DNA from: Patescibacteria group bacterium
GTDB lineage: Bacteria; Patescibacteriota; Minisyncoccia; Moranbacterales; GWC2-37-73
Length of the DNA: 64,000 bases
Direction of reading: 5' to 3'
Assembly (NCBI GenBank): GCA_022709565.1
Contig: JAKLIO010000001.1
Location: forward strand, 4,368 to 68,367
Shown: positions 27,014-35,361 of the stretch, in pieces
How the letters are laid out: every line of letters starts with the position of its first letter
Position numbering within the stretch: the stretch's first letter is position 1
Made by a program: the position numbers and the translations under genes
The notes under the pieces: model-generated
The model's database searches: none
The model's input: the letters and a program-made list of their open reading frames with translations, nothing else
Told to the model about the DNA's origin: nothing

Positions 27014-27045
27014 AAACACTATATTTGTTAGTATTTAGAGGATGT

Positions 27046-27165
27046 TTTTATAATTTTCAATTTACAATTTTCAATTTTCAACCAATTTTCAATTTTTCAA
27101 TGTTTTAAATAATTAATTCATTAGAAATTTATTGTAAATTGTTCATTGATCATTGATTATTGAAA
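27046..27165. repeat. cargo-less inverted low-complexity array (TTTTCAATTT arm / ATTGTAAATTG..ATTGAAA arm)
   Basis: The left arm (ttttcaatttacaattttcaattttcaacc...) and right arm (..attgtaaattgttcattgatcattgattattgaaa) are partly complementary, for example caatttacaat/attgtaaattg. Confidence 0.55.
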
Positions 27166-27171
27166 TATTTT

Positions 27172-28536
27172 ATGAACCCAGGAATCTTCAAGGCCTATGA
27201 CATCCGCGGCATCTACCCCTCCGAAATAAATGAGCAGGATGCTTACAAAATTGCCAAAGCTTATTGCAAATTTGTGAAACCCAGCGAGGTTGTCATCGGA
27301 TCAGATGTGCGTTTATCCTCCCCATCACTCAAAAAAGCCGCCATCAAAGCTGTCACGGATCAGGGAATAAAAGTAATCGACGTGGGAGAGATTTCCACTG
27401 ACATGCTCTATTTTGCCGTAGCCAATTACGGATATGCCGGAGGATTTTCCCTTACCGCTTCACATAATCCCAAGGAATATAATGGAGCAAAATTCGTACG
27501 CGAAGAGTCGCGACCAATTTCATCCGACACTGGACTTTTTGAAATTCGTGACATTGCCATGCAAGATACGTCTGAAATTAGCAACTTTGAATTGACGGAA
27601 GAAAATCTAAAGTTGATCGAAAAGAAAAATATAATGGATGATTACATAAACAAAATTAAAACTTTCGCTGATTTTTCTAAATTCAAAAAATTTAAGATTG
27701 TTGCTAATCCGAATTTCGGAGTGGCCGGCCGGGCTATTGATAGATTATTGGAAAACTCTGATATTGAAGTAGTCAAACTTAATTGGGAATCAGATGGCAA
27801 TTTTCCCAAGGGCCGTCCGGATCCATTAATACCAGAAAACCGAGAAGAAATTTCCAAATTGGTTGTGGAAAATGGGGCTGATTTCGGAGTAGCCTGGGAC
27901 GCTGATGCCGACCGCTGTTTCTTCTTTACAGAAAAAGGCGAATTTATTGAAGGCTATTTCATCACGGCACTCTTAGGAAAAATATTTTTAGAAAGAACGC
28001 CGGGAGCAACAATTTTGCATGATCCAAGATTAGTATGGGCAATTCAAGATATCGCCAAAGAAAACGGAGGTTCAGACATCATGACAAAATCCGGTCATGC
28101 TTTCATTAAAGAAAGGATGCGGAAAGAAAACGTGGTTTTTGGCGGCGAAATGAGCGCGCATTATTATTTTAAAGATTATTTTTTCTGCGACAATGGCTTA
28201 ATTCCCTTTGTAATGATGCTGGAATTTCTTTCAACGGAGAAAAAAACGCTTTCAGAAATCATGACGGAAATGTTCTGGAATAAATATTTTGTCAGTGGAG
28301 AAATCAACAGTGAAGTTTCTGACGTGAAAACAAAAATATCCGAAGCTAAATCAAAATATTCTCCGCAGGCTAAGAATGTTGATGAAACTGACGGCGTTTC
28401 CATAGAATTTGAAGATTGGCGTTTCAATCTGCGTGGCTCAAACACGGAACCGGTCATCCGTCTGAATGTCGAAGCAAAAACTAAAGAAAGGATGGAAGAA
28501 AAGAGAGATGAACTGCTGGAAATTATTAGAAAATAA
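27172..28536 (+). CDS. phosphomannomutase/phosphoglucomutase (alpha-D-phosphohexomutase family)
   Basis: Starts MNPGIFKAYDIRG, has the active-site loop TASHNPKEYNGAKF, and the Mg loop GVAWDADADR. I prefer the ATG 27172 start over the TTG at 27160. Confidence 0.88.
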   Translation: MNPGIFKAYDIRGIYPSEINEQDAYKIAKAYCKFVKPSEVVIGSDVRLSSPSLKKAAIKAVTDQGIKVIDVGEISTDMLYFAVANYGYAGGFSLTASHNPKEYNGAKFVREESRPISSDTGLFEIRDIAMQDTSEISNFELTEENLKLIEKKNIMDDYINKIKTFADFSKFKKFKIVANPNFGVAGRAIDRLLENSDIEVVKLNWESDGNFPKGRPDPLIPENREEISKLVVENGADFGVAWDADADRCFFFTEKGEFIEGYFITALLGKIFLERTPGATILHDPRLVWAIQDIAKENGGSDIMTKSGHAFIKERMRKENVVFGGEMSAHYYFKDYFFCDNGLIPFVMMLEFLSTEKKTLSEIMTEMFWNKYFVSGEINSEVSDVKTKISEAKSKYSPQAKNVDETDGVSIEFEDWRFNLRGSNTEPVIRLNVEAKTKERMEEKRDELLEIIRK

Positions 28537-28539
28537 TTT

Positions 28540-28576
28540 CAAAGTCTAAAGCTTAAAGTCTAATATCTAAATTAAG
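28540..28576. repeat. left inverted-repeat array (AAGTCTAA units) of four-helix-bundle cassette 1
   Basis: caaagtctaaagcttaaagtctaatatctaaa is complementary to the array at 28967-28995. Confidence 0.6.
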
Positions 28577-28581
28577 TATAA

Positions 28582-28944
28582 ATGCCTGCGTTTTTGAAGA
28601 ATAATTTAGAAGAAAGAACAACTAATTTTAGCAAAAAGGTTGTAATTTTTTTAAAGACAATAAAAAAAGACAATTTGAGTTTGCCTCTAATTAACCAGCT
28701 CGTAAGATCAGCTACTAGCATAGGCGCTAACTATTTTGAAGCTGGTGGATCCTGTTCAAAAAAAGACTTTAAAAATAAAATATATATTTGCAAAAAAGAA
28801 TGCAGAGAAACTAAATATTGGCTGGAGATTTTAGCCGAAGCTCATCCTGAATCTAAGAATATATGCAGGGAGCTATGGAAGGAAGCTCATGAATTAACTT
28901 TAATTTTTTCTAAAACAATCCTGACACTAGAAAATAAAAAATGA
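28582..28944 (+). CDS. four-helix-bundle protein (23S rRNA intervening-sequence protein family)
   Basis: Carries the family signature ..QLVRSATSIGANYFEAGGSCSKKDFKNKIYICKKECRETKYWLEIL... Confidence 0.85.
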   Translation: MPAFLKNNLEERTTNFSKKVVIFLKTIKKDNLSLPLINQLVRSATSIGANYFEAGGSCSKKDFKNKIYICKKECRETKYWLEILAEAHPESKNICRELWKEAHELTLIFSKTILTLENKK

Positions 28945-28966
28945 TAAATTTGAACTTTTTCAATTG

Positions 28967-28995
28967 TTTTAGACTTTAGATTTTAGACCTTAGCC
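28967..28995. repeat. right inverted-repeat array of four-helix-bundle cassette 1
   Basis: ttttagactttagattttagaccttagcc abuts the trpS stop codon. Confidence 0.6.
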
Positions 28996-29979
28996 TTAAA
29001 TGATGAATCCAACTTTCTTTTTCACTTCTTGCATTTTCTTTTCAGCAATCAATCGAGCCTTTTCCGCGCCTTCTTTTAATATCTTTATGACTTCTTCATC
29101 AGAATAAGAATTGTATTTTTGTTGGAAATCTTTCAAAAAAGAAACAACTATTTCGGCCAAATCATTTTTGAATTCTCCATAGCCTTTGCCAGCATACATT
29201 TTTTCAATATCTTTCGGACTTTTTTCGGAAAAAAAAGAATGAATGTTTATAAGATTTTTTAGCGCAGGCTTCTCTTCGCTATAAATTATTTCGCTGCCGC
29301 TATCCGTCACGGCTTTTTTTATTTTTCTACGTACTGATTCAGCGTCATCCAAAAGAGCAATGTAATTATATTCTGAAGAAGATGACTTATCCATTTTTTT
29401 TGTCGGATCATCAAGCCCCCTGATTCGCATCCCGCTTTTTTTCACAAATGGCTCTGGAATAACAAATGTTTCTCCAAAATTATTATTAAACCGCTTGGCT
29501 AAAGTGCGAGCCAGTTCTACATGTTGCACCTGATCCTCTCCGACTGGAACTTTTTCTGCATCATAAAGCAGAATGTCCGCGGCCATCAGAACCGGATAAT
29601 CATATAGACCAACACCGGCACTTTCCCTGCCATTTTTTTGAGACTTATCTTTGAACTGAGTCATCTTGTCCAAATCAGATACTCGAGCAACAGTATTTAA
29701 TATCCATGCCAATTCCGCATGCTCAGCTACTTGCGATTGAACAAATATGGCCGATTTTTTTGGATCAATTCCGGAAGCCAAATATATTTTCGCAATTTCA
29801 ATAGTCCTCTTATTTAAAGTCTTTGGATCTTGTGGAACTGTTATTGCATGCATATCAACGACACAAAAAACGGCTTCGTACTCGTCCTGAAAATCAAGCC
29901 AGTTTCTGATTGCACCGATATAATTTCCAATTGTAAGGCTTCCACTTGGCTTAATGCCCGAAAAAATTCGTTTTGCCAT
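28996..29979 (-). CDS. trpS: tryptophan--tRNA ligase
   Basis: Has FSGIKPSGSLTIGNYIGA (HIGH-region variant), KMDKSSSS (KMSKS) and GEDQ.QH. The 327-aa length fits. Confidence 0.93.
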   Translation of the reverse strand: MAKRIFSGIKPSGSLTIGNYIGAIRNWLDFQDEYEAVFCVVDMHAITVPQDPKTLNKRTIEIAKIYLASGIDPKKSAIFVQSQVAEHAELAWILNTVARVSDLDKMTQFKDKSQKNGRESAGVGLYDYPVLMAADILLYDAEKVPVGEDQVQHVELARTLAKRFNNNFGETFVIPEPFVKKSGMRIRGLDDPTKKMDKSSSSEYNYIALLDDAESVRRKIKKAVTDSGSEIIYSEEKPALKNLINIHSFFSEKSPKDIEKMYAGKGYGEFKNDLAEIVVSFLKDFQQKYNSYSDEEVIKILKEGAEKARLIAEKKMQEVKKKVGFII

Positions 29980-30048
29980 AAATACATTAATTAATTATCA
30001 ATTGCTTTAATAATACCCAAAACAGGCTTTTTTTGCAAACCAAATTAA

Positions 30049-30084
30049 GTATTTCGTATTTTGTATCCAGTATTTGGTATTTAT
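30049..30084. repeat. short-period GTATTT(C/G)GTAT array
   Basis: agtatttcgtattttgtatccagtatttggtatttat lies directly 5' of 168-bp repeat copy A. Confidence 0.6.
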
Positions 30085-30086
30085 AG

Positions 30087-30254
30087 GCGCCATATGAAGT
30101 ACGTAGGCGAAGCGCGAGTGATGAGCGTTAAAAAATTTTAAAACGGAGCGTAGCGAAGTGCAAATTTTAGCGAAGAACGAAGCGCTTGCCATCAGTATCT
30201 TCATCGGGCGCGACTTTCTTTTGTAACTTTTCTTATCTAGAAAGAAAAGTTAAT
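30087..30254. repeat. 168-bp structured repeat, copy A (candidate small RNA; strand unknown)
   Basis: About 96% identical to 38540-38707 (4 substitutions, 2 single-nt indels). The ends pair (GCGCCATATGAAGTAC / GTATCTTCATCGGGCGC), and GGCGAAGCGC pairs with GCGCTTGCC. Confidence 0.7.
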
Positions 30255-30318
30255 TCTAGAAATTGCATAAAAAGAAAGGTAAAAAATATATTGCTTACAA
30301 AAAATAATTTTTTACAAA

Positions 30319-30349
30319 TAAAAAACTGCTCATTTCTGAGCAGCTTTTT
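30319..30349 (-). terminator. bidirectional rho-independent terminator after rnj
   Basis: The stem CTGCTCA tttc TGAGCAG is flanked by A6 and T5. Confidence 0.7.
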
Positions 30350-30357
30350 CATTTCAT

Positions 30358-32319
30358 TTATACTTCGATTACTACTGGTAAAACCATCGGTCGTCTTTCT
30401 GTTTTAGTAAACAAGAACGATCCGACAGATTCACGGATATTATTCTTCACATAATCCCAATTGACCGGCAAACCTTCGGAAGTTTTTTCTTTGACCACCT
30501 TTTCCACCACCCGCTTTGTCGCATTCACCAAATCAAAATTTTCTTTGACGAAAATAAATCCGCGCGACGTGATTTGCGGCGTACCGATAATTTTTTTGGT
30601 TTTGGAATCTATAATAACGACAATCGTAAACATTCCGTCCTTAGCCAAAAGCTGTCTGTCTCTCAGCACCACTTCACCAACGTCGCCCACGCCCAATCCG
30701 TCTACCATGACATAAGCCGTGTCCACTTTGTTTGGCAAAATCTTGGCTTTGTTTTCATGGACCTCCAATTGATGGCCATTGTCCAAAACAAAAATATTTT
30801 CTTTGCGAATGCCGACTTTTTCTCCCAGTTTGGCCGCTTCTTTGAGCATATAGTGATTGCCATAGACCGGCAGAAAGAAATCAGGCTTGATCTGACGCAA
30901 GATATCTTGAATATCATTAGCGTTGCTATGTCCGCTGGTATGGACATCCAAAATATCAGAATGGATAACATTATCGCACTTGCGATAGAGATCATCTTTC
31001 AGCCTTTGCACAGTGCGTTCATTGCCTGGAACAATCGACGAAGAAAATATGATTGTGTCATCTTTTTGGATTCGCACAAAGCGATGTTCGTCATTGACGA
31101 TGCGCGACAACACAGCATTGCCTTCGCCCTGCGCGCCGGTGCAAATCACCACCACTTTATTTCTCGGATGTTTTTGAATCTCATTAACTGAAATCAGAGT
31201 CTTTTTATGCGCTTTGATATAGCCCAATTCCTTGGCAATTTCGATATTCATTTTCATGCTATATCCATCCAGTGCCACTTTCTTGCCAATACTTTCCACG
31301 TATTCGATAATTTTTCCAATACGCTCGATTTGTGAAGAAAATGTGCCGATAATAACCAGTCCCGTGGCTGAGCTGATAAGTTCGTTCAAGTTTTTATACA
31401 TTTCCGATTCCGGTTTGTCGGCCGATTCATTGTCCGTCGCACCCAAGCTTTCTAGCATAAGTATCCGCGGTGAAGGCAGTTTCGACAAATGATCATAGGT
31501 GACCATTTTATGATTCGGATTCTTGTCCATCGTCCAGTCACCGGGATGGATTATTGTTCCGTCCGGAGTTCTAATAATAACACCGACTGCATCCATCACA
31601 GAATGCTCCACTTCAAAAAATTCAATTTCAAATTTTCCCAGTTTGACTTTGTCAGAGACGGAATTGACTCTGATGATTTTCAAATTTTGCGCTGAATTTT
31701 TGTCGAAGTCTTCCATCTTTTTCTTGACCAAGGCCAATGTCAAATCACGTCCGACAATCGGTGGATAGCCGAGTTCTTTGAGCAAGATCGGAGCCGCTCC
31801 AATATGATCGAGATGTCCATGGCTCAAAAGAACTCCGCGGACATTTTTTTCCTTGCCTTTCAGATAACTCATATTTGGAATAATATAATCTATTCCCGGC
31901 ATGTCTTCTTCTGGAAACTGAATGCCCATATCTAAGATTATGATGTCGGAGTCATATTCAAACATGGTCATATTGCGACCAACTTCCTCATTTCCTCCCA
32001 TCGGGGTTATGCGCAGATTTTTGCTGACCACATTCCCCTGAGACTTCTGAGTCCTTGTGTTATTGCTGATATTAATCCTCCTGCCAATATTCTGGCTAGG
32101 ACGCCTGCTTGGAGCATTACGCCGTGAAGGCTGGCCGGAATGCTGGCTAACATTTTTGGAAGGTTTTTCCATCCTGACATGATAGGCTTTTTGCTCTATC
32201 ATCTTGCCCAATTGTTTTAGCGGCTTTTTGAACGCAGCCGCTTGCCTGTTGCCTACCTGTCTAGCAGGCAAAGGGTTCGCGTTGGCAGCCATCTGGCCGC
32301 CTTGTTTTTTGTTAAACAT
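30358..32319 (-). CDS. rnj: ribonuclease J (with a ~100-aa basic N-terminal extension)
   Basis: Has the metallo-beta-lactamase motif LLSHGHLDHIG, beta-CASP features and HTSGH. Confidence 0.9.
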   Translation of the reverse strand: MFNKKQGGQMAANANPLPARQVGNRQAAAFKKPLKQLGKMIEQKAYHVRMEKPSKNVSQHSGQPSRRNAPSRRPSQNIGRRINISNNTRTQKSQGNVVSKNLRITPMGGNEEVGRNMTMFEYDSDIIILDMGIQFPEEDMPGIDYIIPNMSYLKGKEKNVRGVLLSHGHLDHIGAAPILLKELGYPPIVGRDLTLALVKKKMEDFDKNSAQNLKIIRVNSVSDKVKLGKFEIEFFEVEHSVMDAVGVIIRTPDGTIIHPGDWTMDKNPNHKMVTYDHLSKLPSPRILMLESLGATDNESADKPESEMYKNLNELISSATGLVIIGTFSSQIERIGKIIEYVESIGKKVALDGYSMKMNIEIAKELGYIKAHKKTLISVNEIQKHPRNKVVVICTGAQGEGNAVLSRIVNDEHRFVRIQKDDTIIFSSSIVPGNERTVQRLKDDLYRKCDNVIHSDILDVHTSGHSNANDIQDILRQIKPDFFLPVYGNHYMLKEAAKLGEKVGIRKENIFVLDNGHQLEVHENKAKILPNKVDTAYVMVDGLGVGDVGEVVLRDRQLLAKDGMFTIVVIIDSKTKKIIGTPQITSRGFIFVKENFDLVNATKRVVEKVVKEKTSEGLPVNWDYVKNNIRESVGSFLFTKTERRPMVLPVVIEV

Positions 32320-32608
32320 AGTTTTTGAACACTAACGAAAGTAAATTATCTGTTTTTTTATTTTAGAATCTCTGCATTTGATTTTTTGCGAAACTTTACG
32401 CAGGCGCTAGACAATTATTGCGATGGCAATTATAAAGTTGGCCTGCCGTGACAATAATTTAGCAGAGAGCGTTCACGCCGAGCAGTGCAGCAAAAAATAA
32501 AATGCTAGGATCCTAAATTTGAAAGATAACTACTTGCTTATTTTTTAAAGTTAATTTTTTAATCAGTAGAAAATATAAATTAGAATCTGCCGCAAGTTTA
32601 GTGTTTTG

Positions 32609-32692
32609 TGCCTTGAGGGAGACTCGAACTCCCAATCCCTTACGAGAACATGCTCCTGAAGCATGCGCGTATACCAATTCCGCCACCAAGGC
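32609..32692 (-). tRNA. tRNA-Leu (anticodon CAG)
   Basis: Hand fold: acceptor GCCTTGG/TCAAGGC, anticodon stem CATGC/GCATG with loop TTCAGGA, a long variable arm, and T arm GGGAG TTCGAGT CTCCC. Confidence 0.9.
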
Positions 32693-32870
32693 TTTAATTT
32701 TTTAATTTAACTGCGCCATACCGCCAAAGCATAACGCATATAGAAAACAAAGACTTTCAAAAAAGAGAAAGTTAAAAAGGCTTATTTAAAGCAATATAAA
32801 ACAAAGTTGAAGAAGTCTTTACTATATACTAAGTATACACTAGTTTCATTATTTTGTCCAGTTTCAGAAG

Positions 32871-34253
32871 CTAACTTCTTTGATAGACATCCTCATATCT
32901 GACAATGTCATCCTCTTCCAAATAGTCTCCGGTTTGGACTTCGATAATTTCCAGATTGGTTTTCCCCGGATTGCCCAAGCGATGTTTGGTGCCTACCGGT
33001 ATGAAAGTGCTTTCATTTTCTTCAAGTGTCAACAAATCTTCGCCATGAACAATCTCGGCCGTGCCTTTGACAACCACCCAGTGCTCCGCCCGCCTGTTGT
33101 GCGATTGCAAACTCAGTTTCGCTCCGGGATAAACTGTGATTTTTTTGACTTTGTGATTATCTTCGTCAATCAGAACCTCGTATTTCCCCCATGGACGGTA
33201 GCCGATCACATTATCAGAAAGTTCCGGATAATTTTTTTCTTTGAGATATTCAACCACTTTTTTCACGCCATCATTGCTCTCGCCCATTTTTTGCACCAAA
33301 ATACTGTCATTGTTTTCAATCACAATCACGTCCTCAAGACCCGAGGTGACAATCAAACCATCGTTGACCGAATAAGCAAAAACATTTTTTGAGTCAATGG
33401 AAACATGTTTCGGATTTTCATCTTTTTTTCTTCCCAAGATTTCTGCCAGAACATCAAAACTGCCCACATCACTCCAATCAAAATCACCTTCAAAAGTTAT
33501 TAGCTTGTTTGATTTTTCAGCAATAGCATAATCAATTGCAATTGCCGGCAAATTCTGGAAATCCTTTAAAAAAGTATCGTAATCTTTTTCAAACAAGGAA
33601 TAGAATTCAGGCGCATGATTTTTCATTTCGTCAGCCAAAGTTTTTATATTGAAAAGATACATGCCGGCGTTCCATAGATATTCCCCGGAAGCAAAAAATT
33701 CTTCGGCTGTTTTTTTATCCGGCTTTTCCTTAAATGTTTCAACCTTGTAATAATCGCCTAGATTCTCTCCTTTTTTTATGTATCCAAAACTAGTGTCCGG
33801 CTTCGTTGGAACAATTCCTATTGTGCCGATATTGTCACCTATTTTTGAAAGCGCATTTTTGGCAATTTTAGCATAAGCCGGTCGATTGCCAATATAATGA
33901 TCGGAGTGTACTTCGATAATCGGCGCCGTTTCGTCTATTTTTATTACATCTTTAAGATATTTCGCAGCCAAAGCCAAGGCTGGCATATTATTCAAGCTTT
34001 TTGGTTCTTTGAGCACCTGACTTTCCAAAAAATCTGGATAGATTTCTCTGATCTGATTCAGGACATTGTAGTAATTATCTCCGTTAGTCACGAAATATAT
34101 ATTGGTTTCCGGCACAACCTCTTTCATTCTCAAAAACGTCTCTTGCAGAAGCGACTTGTCGCTATAAAGTTTCAGAAATTGCTTAGGAAAATTTTTTCTC
34201 GACAGCGGCCAAAGGCGTGTGCCTGATCCACCGCAAAGGATGATACTATGCAT
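32871..34253 (-). CDS. manC: mannose-1-phosphate guanylyltransferase / mannose-6-phosphate isomerase (bifunctional type)
   Basis: Starts MHSIILCGGSGTRLWPLSRKNFPKQF. The C-terminal cupin contains SLQSHNRRAEHWVVVKGTA. Confidence 0.88.
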   Translation of the reverse strand: MHSIILCGGSGTRLWPLSRKNFPKQFLKLYSDKSLLQETFLRMKEVVPETNIYFVTNGDNYYNVLNQIREIYPDFLESQVLKEPKSLNNMPALALAAKYLKDVIKIDETAPIIEVHSDHYIGNRPAYAKIAKNALSKIGDNIGTIGIVPTKPDTSFGYIKKGENLGDYYKVETFKEKPDKKTAEEFFASGEYLWNAGMYLFNIKTLADEMKNHAPEFYSLFEKDYDTFLKDFQNLPAIAIDYAIAEKSNKLITFEGDFDWSDVGSFDVLAEILGRKKDENPKHVSIDSKNVFAYSVNDGLIVTSGLEDVIVIENNDSILVQKMGESNDGVKKVVEYLKEKNYPELSDNVIGYRPWGKYEVLIDEDNHKVKKITVYPGAKLSLQSHNRRAEHWVVVKGTAEIVHGEDLLTLEENESTFIPVGTKHRLGNPGKTNLEIIEVQTGDYLEEDDIVRYEDVYQRS

Positions 34254-34263
34254 AAGTTTAAAA

Positions 34264-34306
34264 TTAATGACTAATTTCCAATGACTAATGACAAGTCAAT
34301 GACAAA
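34264..34306. repeat. left inverted-repeat array (ATGAC(T/A)AA units) of four-helix-bundle cassette 2
   Basis: aatgactaatttccaatgactaatgacaagtcaatgacaaag is complementary to the array at 34662-34715. Confidence 0.6.
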
Positions 34307-34319
34307 GTCCAAATAACAA

Positions 34320-34715
34320 CTAATACTTTCTCTTGGCAATACTAGAAAAAATAAGCGTTAATTCATGTGCTTCTTTCCATAATTTTCTACAATAATCAGC
34401 ATTGTTAGGTTCGGCAGTTGCTAACATATGAAGCCAATAGGTTGTTTCCTTAGACTCTTTTTTACAAATACCTATCTTATGAACAAAGTCCTTTTTTGAT
34501 TCTGCACAATCAGCCTCCATATAATTAGCGCCAATGCTAGTAGCGCTACGAATCAACTGGCTAGTAATTGATCTATTTATATTATTTTCTTTTATTTTTT
34601 TGACAAAAATTATAACCTCACAACCAAACTTAGATGTGCGTTCAGCTAAGTTGTATTTATTTTTGTCATTTTGATTTTGGTTTTGATTTGTCATTGGTAA
34701 TTTGTCATTTGTCAT
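34320..34715 (-). CDS. four-helix-bundle protein (23S rRNA intervening-sequence protein family)
   Basis: Carries ..SQLIRSATSIGANYMEADCAESKKDFVHKIGICKKESKETTYWLHML... The N-terminal MTNDKLPMTNQNQNQND is encoded by the repeat array. The start overlaps the pgi stop as ATGA. Confidence 0.85.
   Translation of the reverse strand: MTNDKLPMTNQNQNQNDKNKYNLAERTSKFGCEVIIFVKKIKENNINRSITSQLIRSATSIGANYMEADCAESKKDFVHKIGICKKESKETTYWLHMLATAEPNNADYCRKLWKEAHELTLIFSSIAKRKY
34662..34715. repeat. right inverted-repeat array of four-helix-bundle cassette 2
   Basis: tttgtcattttgattttggttttgatttgtcattggtaatttgtcatttgtcat. Confidence 0.6.
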
Positions 34716-35320
34716 TCTATGACTTCCAATCCACCTAAATCTTCTTTTTCGATTGATTTATACAGAGGATTTTTTTTGAGCGCCGGCTGGCCTTCGTGTT
34801 CAACGACATAATACGCAAAACCTCGCATTTTTTTGACCAATTCATAATCTGCATGTCCAGGAAAACTAACAGGATCGCGATCTTCAAAATCAACCGGACT
34901 GTCATCAGCCGTGGCAAAATAAGTCTGGCCGGTATTAACAACCAAGTGGCCTTCCTCGGGAGACATGAAAATTTTATCACCCACTTTAACTGGGATTGCC
35001 TTAAACTCCTCCACTTCGTCGGCAATCATCTGCCCCTCCGCATCTTTTTTTAATTTTTGCAAAAGAGCCACGCCTTCTCCGAAAATAATCCAGTAAGTTT
35101 CGCTCAAATCTCCGACGTGGTAATGACCGTACGTTTTAATATATTCTCCCGAAATTGTGCCTGGTTCCCAGACAGTGATATTTTTCTGATCAACTCCCCC
35201 GCGAATCATATAATAATGTATAGCTGGGCCAACACCCTTAGGATCCATCAAAACATCTTGCATTTTTTCCTGTGTTCGGGCTGCATAATGCTTGGGAACA
35301 TTTTTGAAATCTGTTTCCAT
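34712..35320 (-). CDS. pgi: cupin-type (archaeal-type) glucose-6-phosphate isomerase
   Basis: Has the TYGHYH metal motif, a cupin core of about 200 aa, and a position beside manC and the phosphohexomutase gene. The family was recognised from memory. Confidence 0.7.
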   Translation of the reverse strand: METDFKNVPKHYAARTQEKMQDVLMDPKGVGPAIHYYMIRGGVDQKNITVWEPGTISGEYIKTYGHYHVGDLSETYWIIFGEGVALLQKLKKDAEGQMIADEVEEFKAIPVKVGDKIFMSPEEGHLVVNTGQTYFATADDSPVDFEDRDPVSFPGHADYELVKKMRGFAYYVVEHEGQPALKKNPLYKSIEKEDLGGLEVIE

Positions 35321-35361
35321 AATATTTTTATTATTTATTTATTTTCTAAAAAGCTAATAAG

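Noticed and set aside
24809-27019. Many antisense or alternative-frame ORFs within recG. Similar ones occur within pilB, pilT, rnj, U32, both purD genes and the GerMN gene.
   Set aside because: These are shadow ORFs typical of the GC-richer genes. In every case the sense frame carries unmistakable conserved motifs.
30007-30204. 65-aa ORF on the minus strand inside 168-bp repeat copy A
   Set aside because: The homologous position in copy B carries a 1-nt deletion (CTGATGGCAAGC versus CTGTGGCAAGC). That deletion breaks the frame after 4 codons, so the conservation is at the nucleotide/structure level, not the protein level.
32340-32600. A roughly 260-nt non-coding stretch between the rnj start and tRNA-Leu, containing small hairpins (TTGCgatgGCAA, TGCGaaactttaCGCA)
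   Set aside because: It has no convincing conserved-RNA signature (no SRP, RNase P, 6S or riboswitch motifs recognised) and no repeat elsewhere in the window. It is most likely the rnj 5' UTR and promoter region.
34712-34715. Possible UGA recoding (as in some CPR lineages)
   Set aside because: Conserved genes end at TGA with normal full lengths (for example, pgi ends ..GGLEVIE-TGA). In-frame TGA codons are not needed to complete any conserved protein here.
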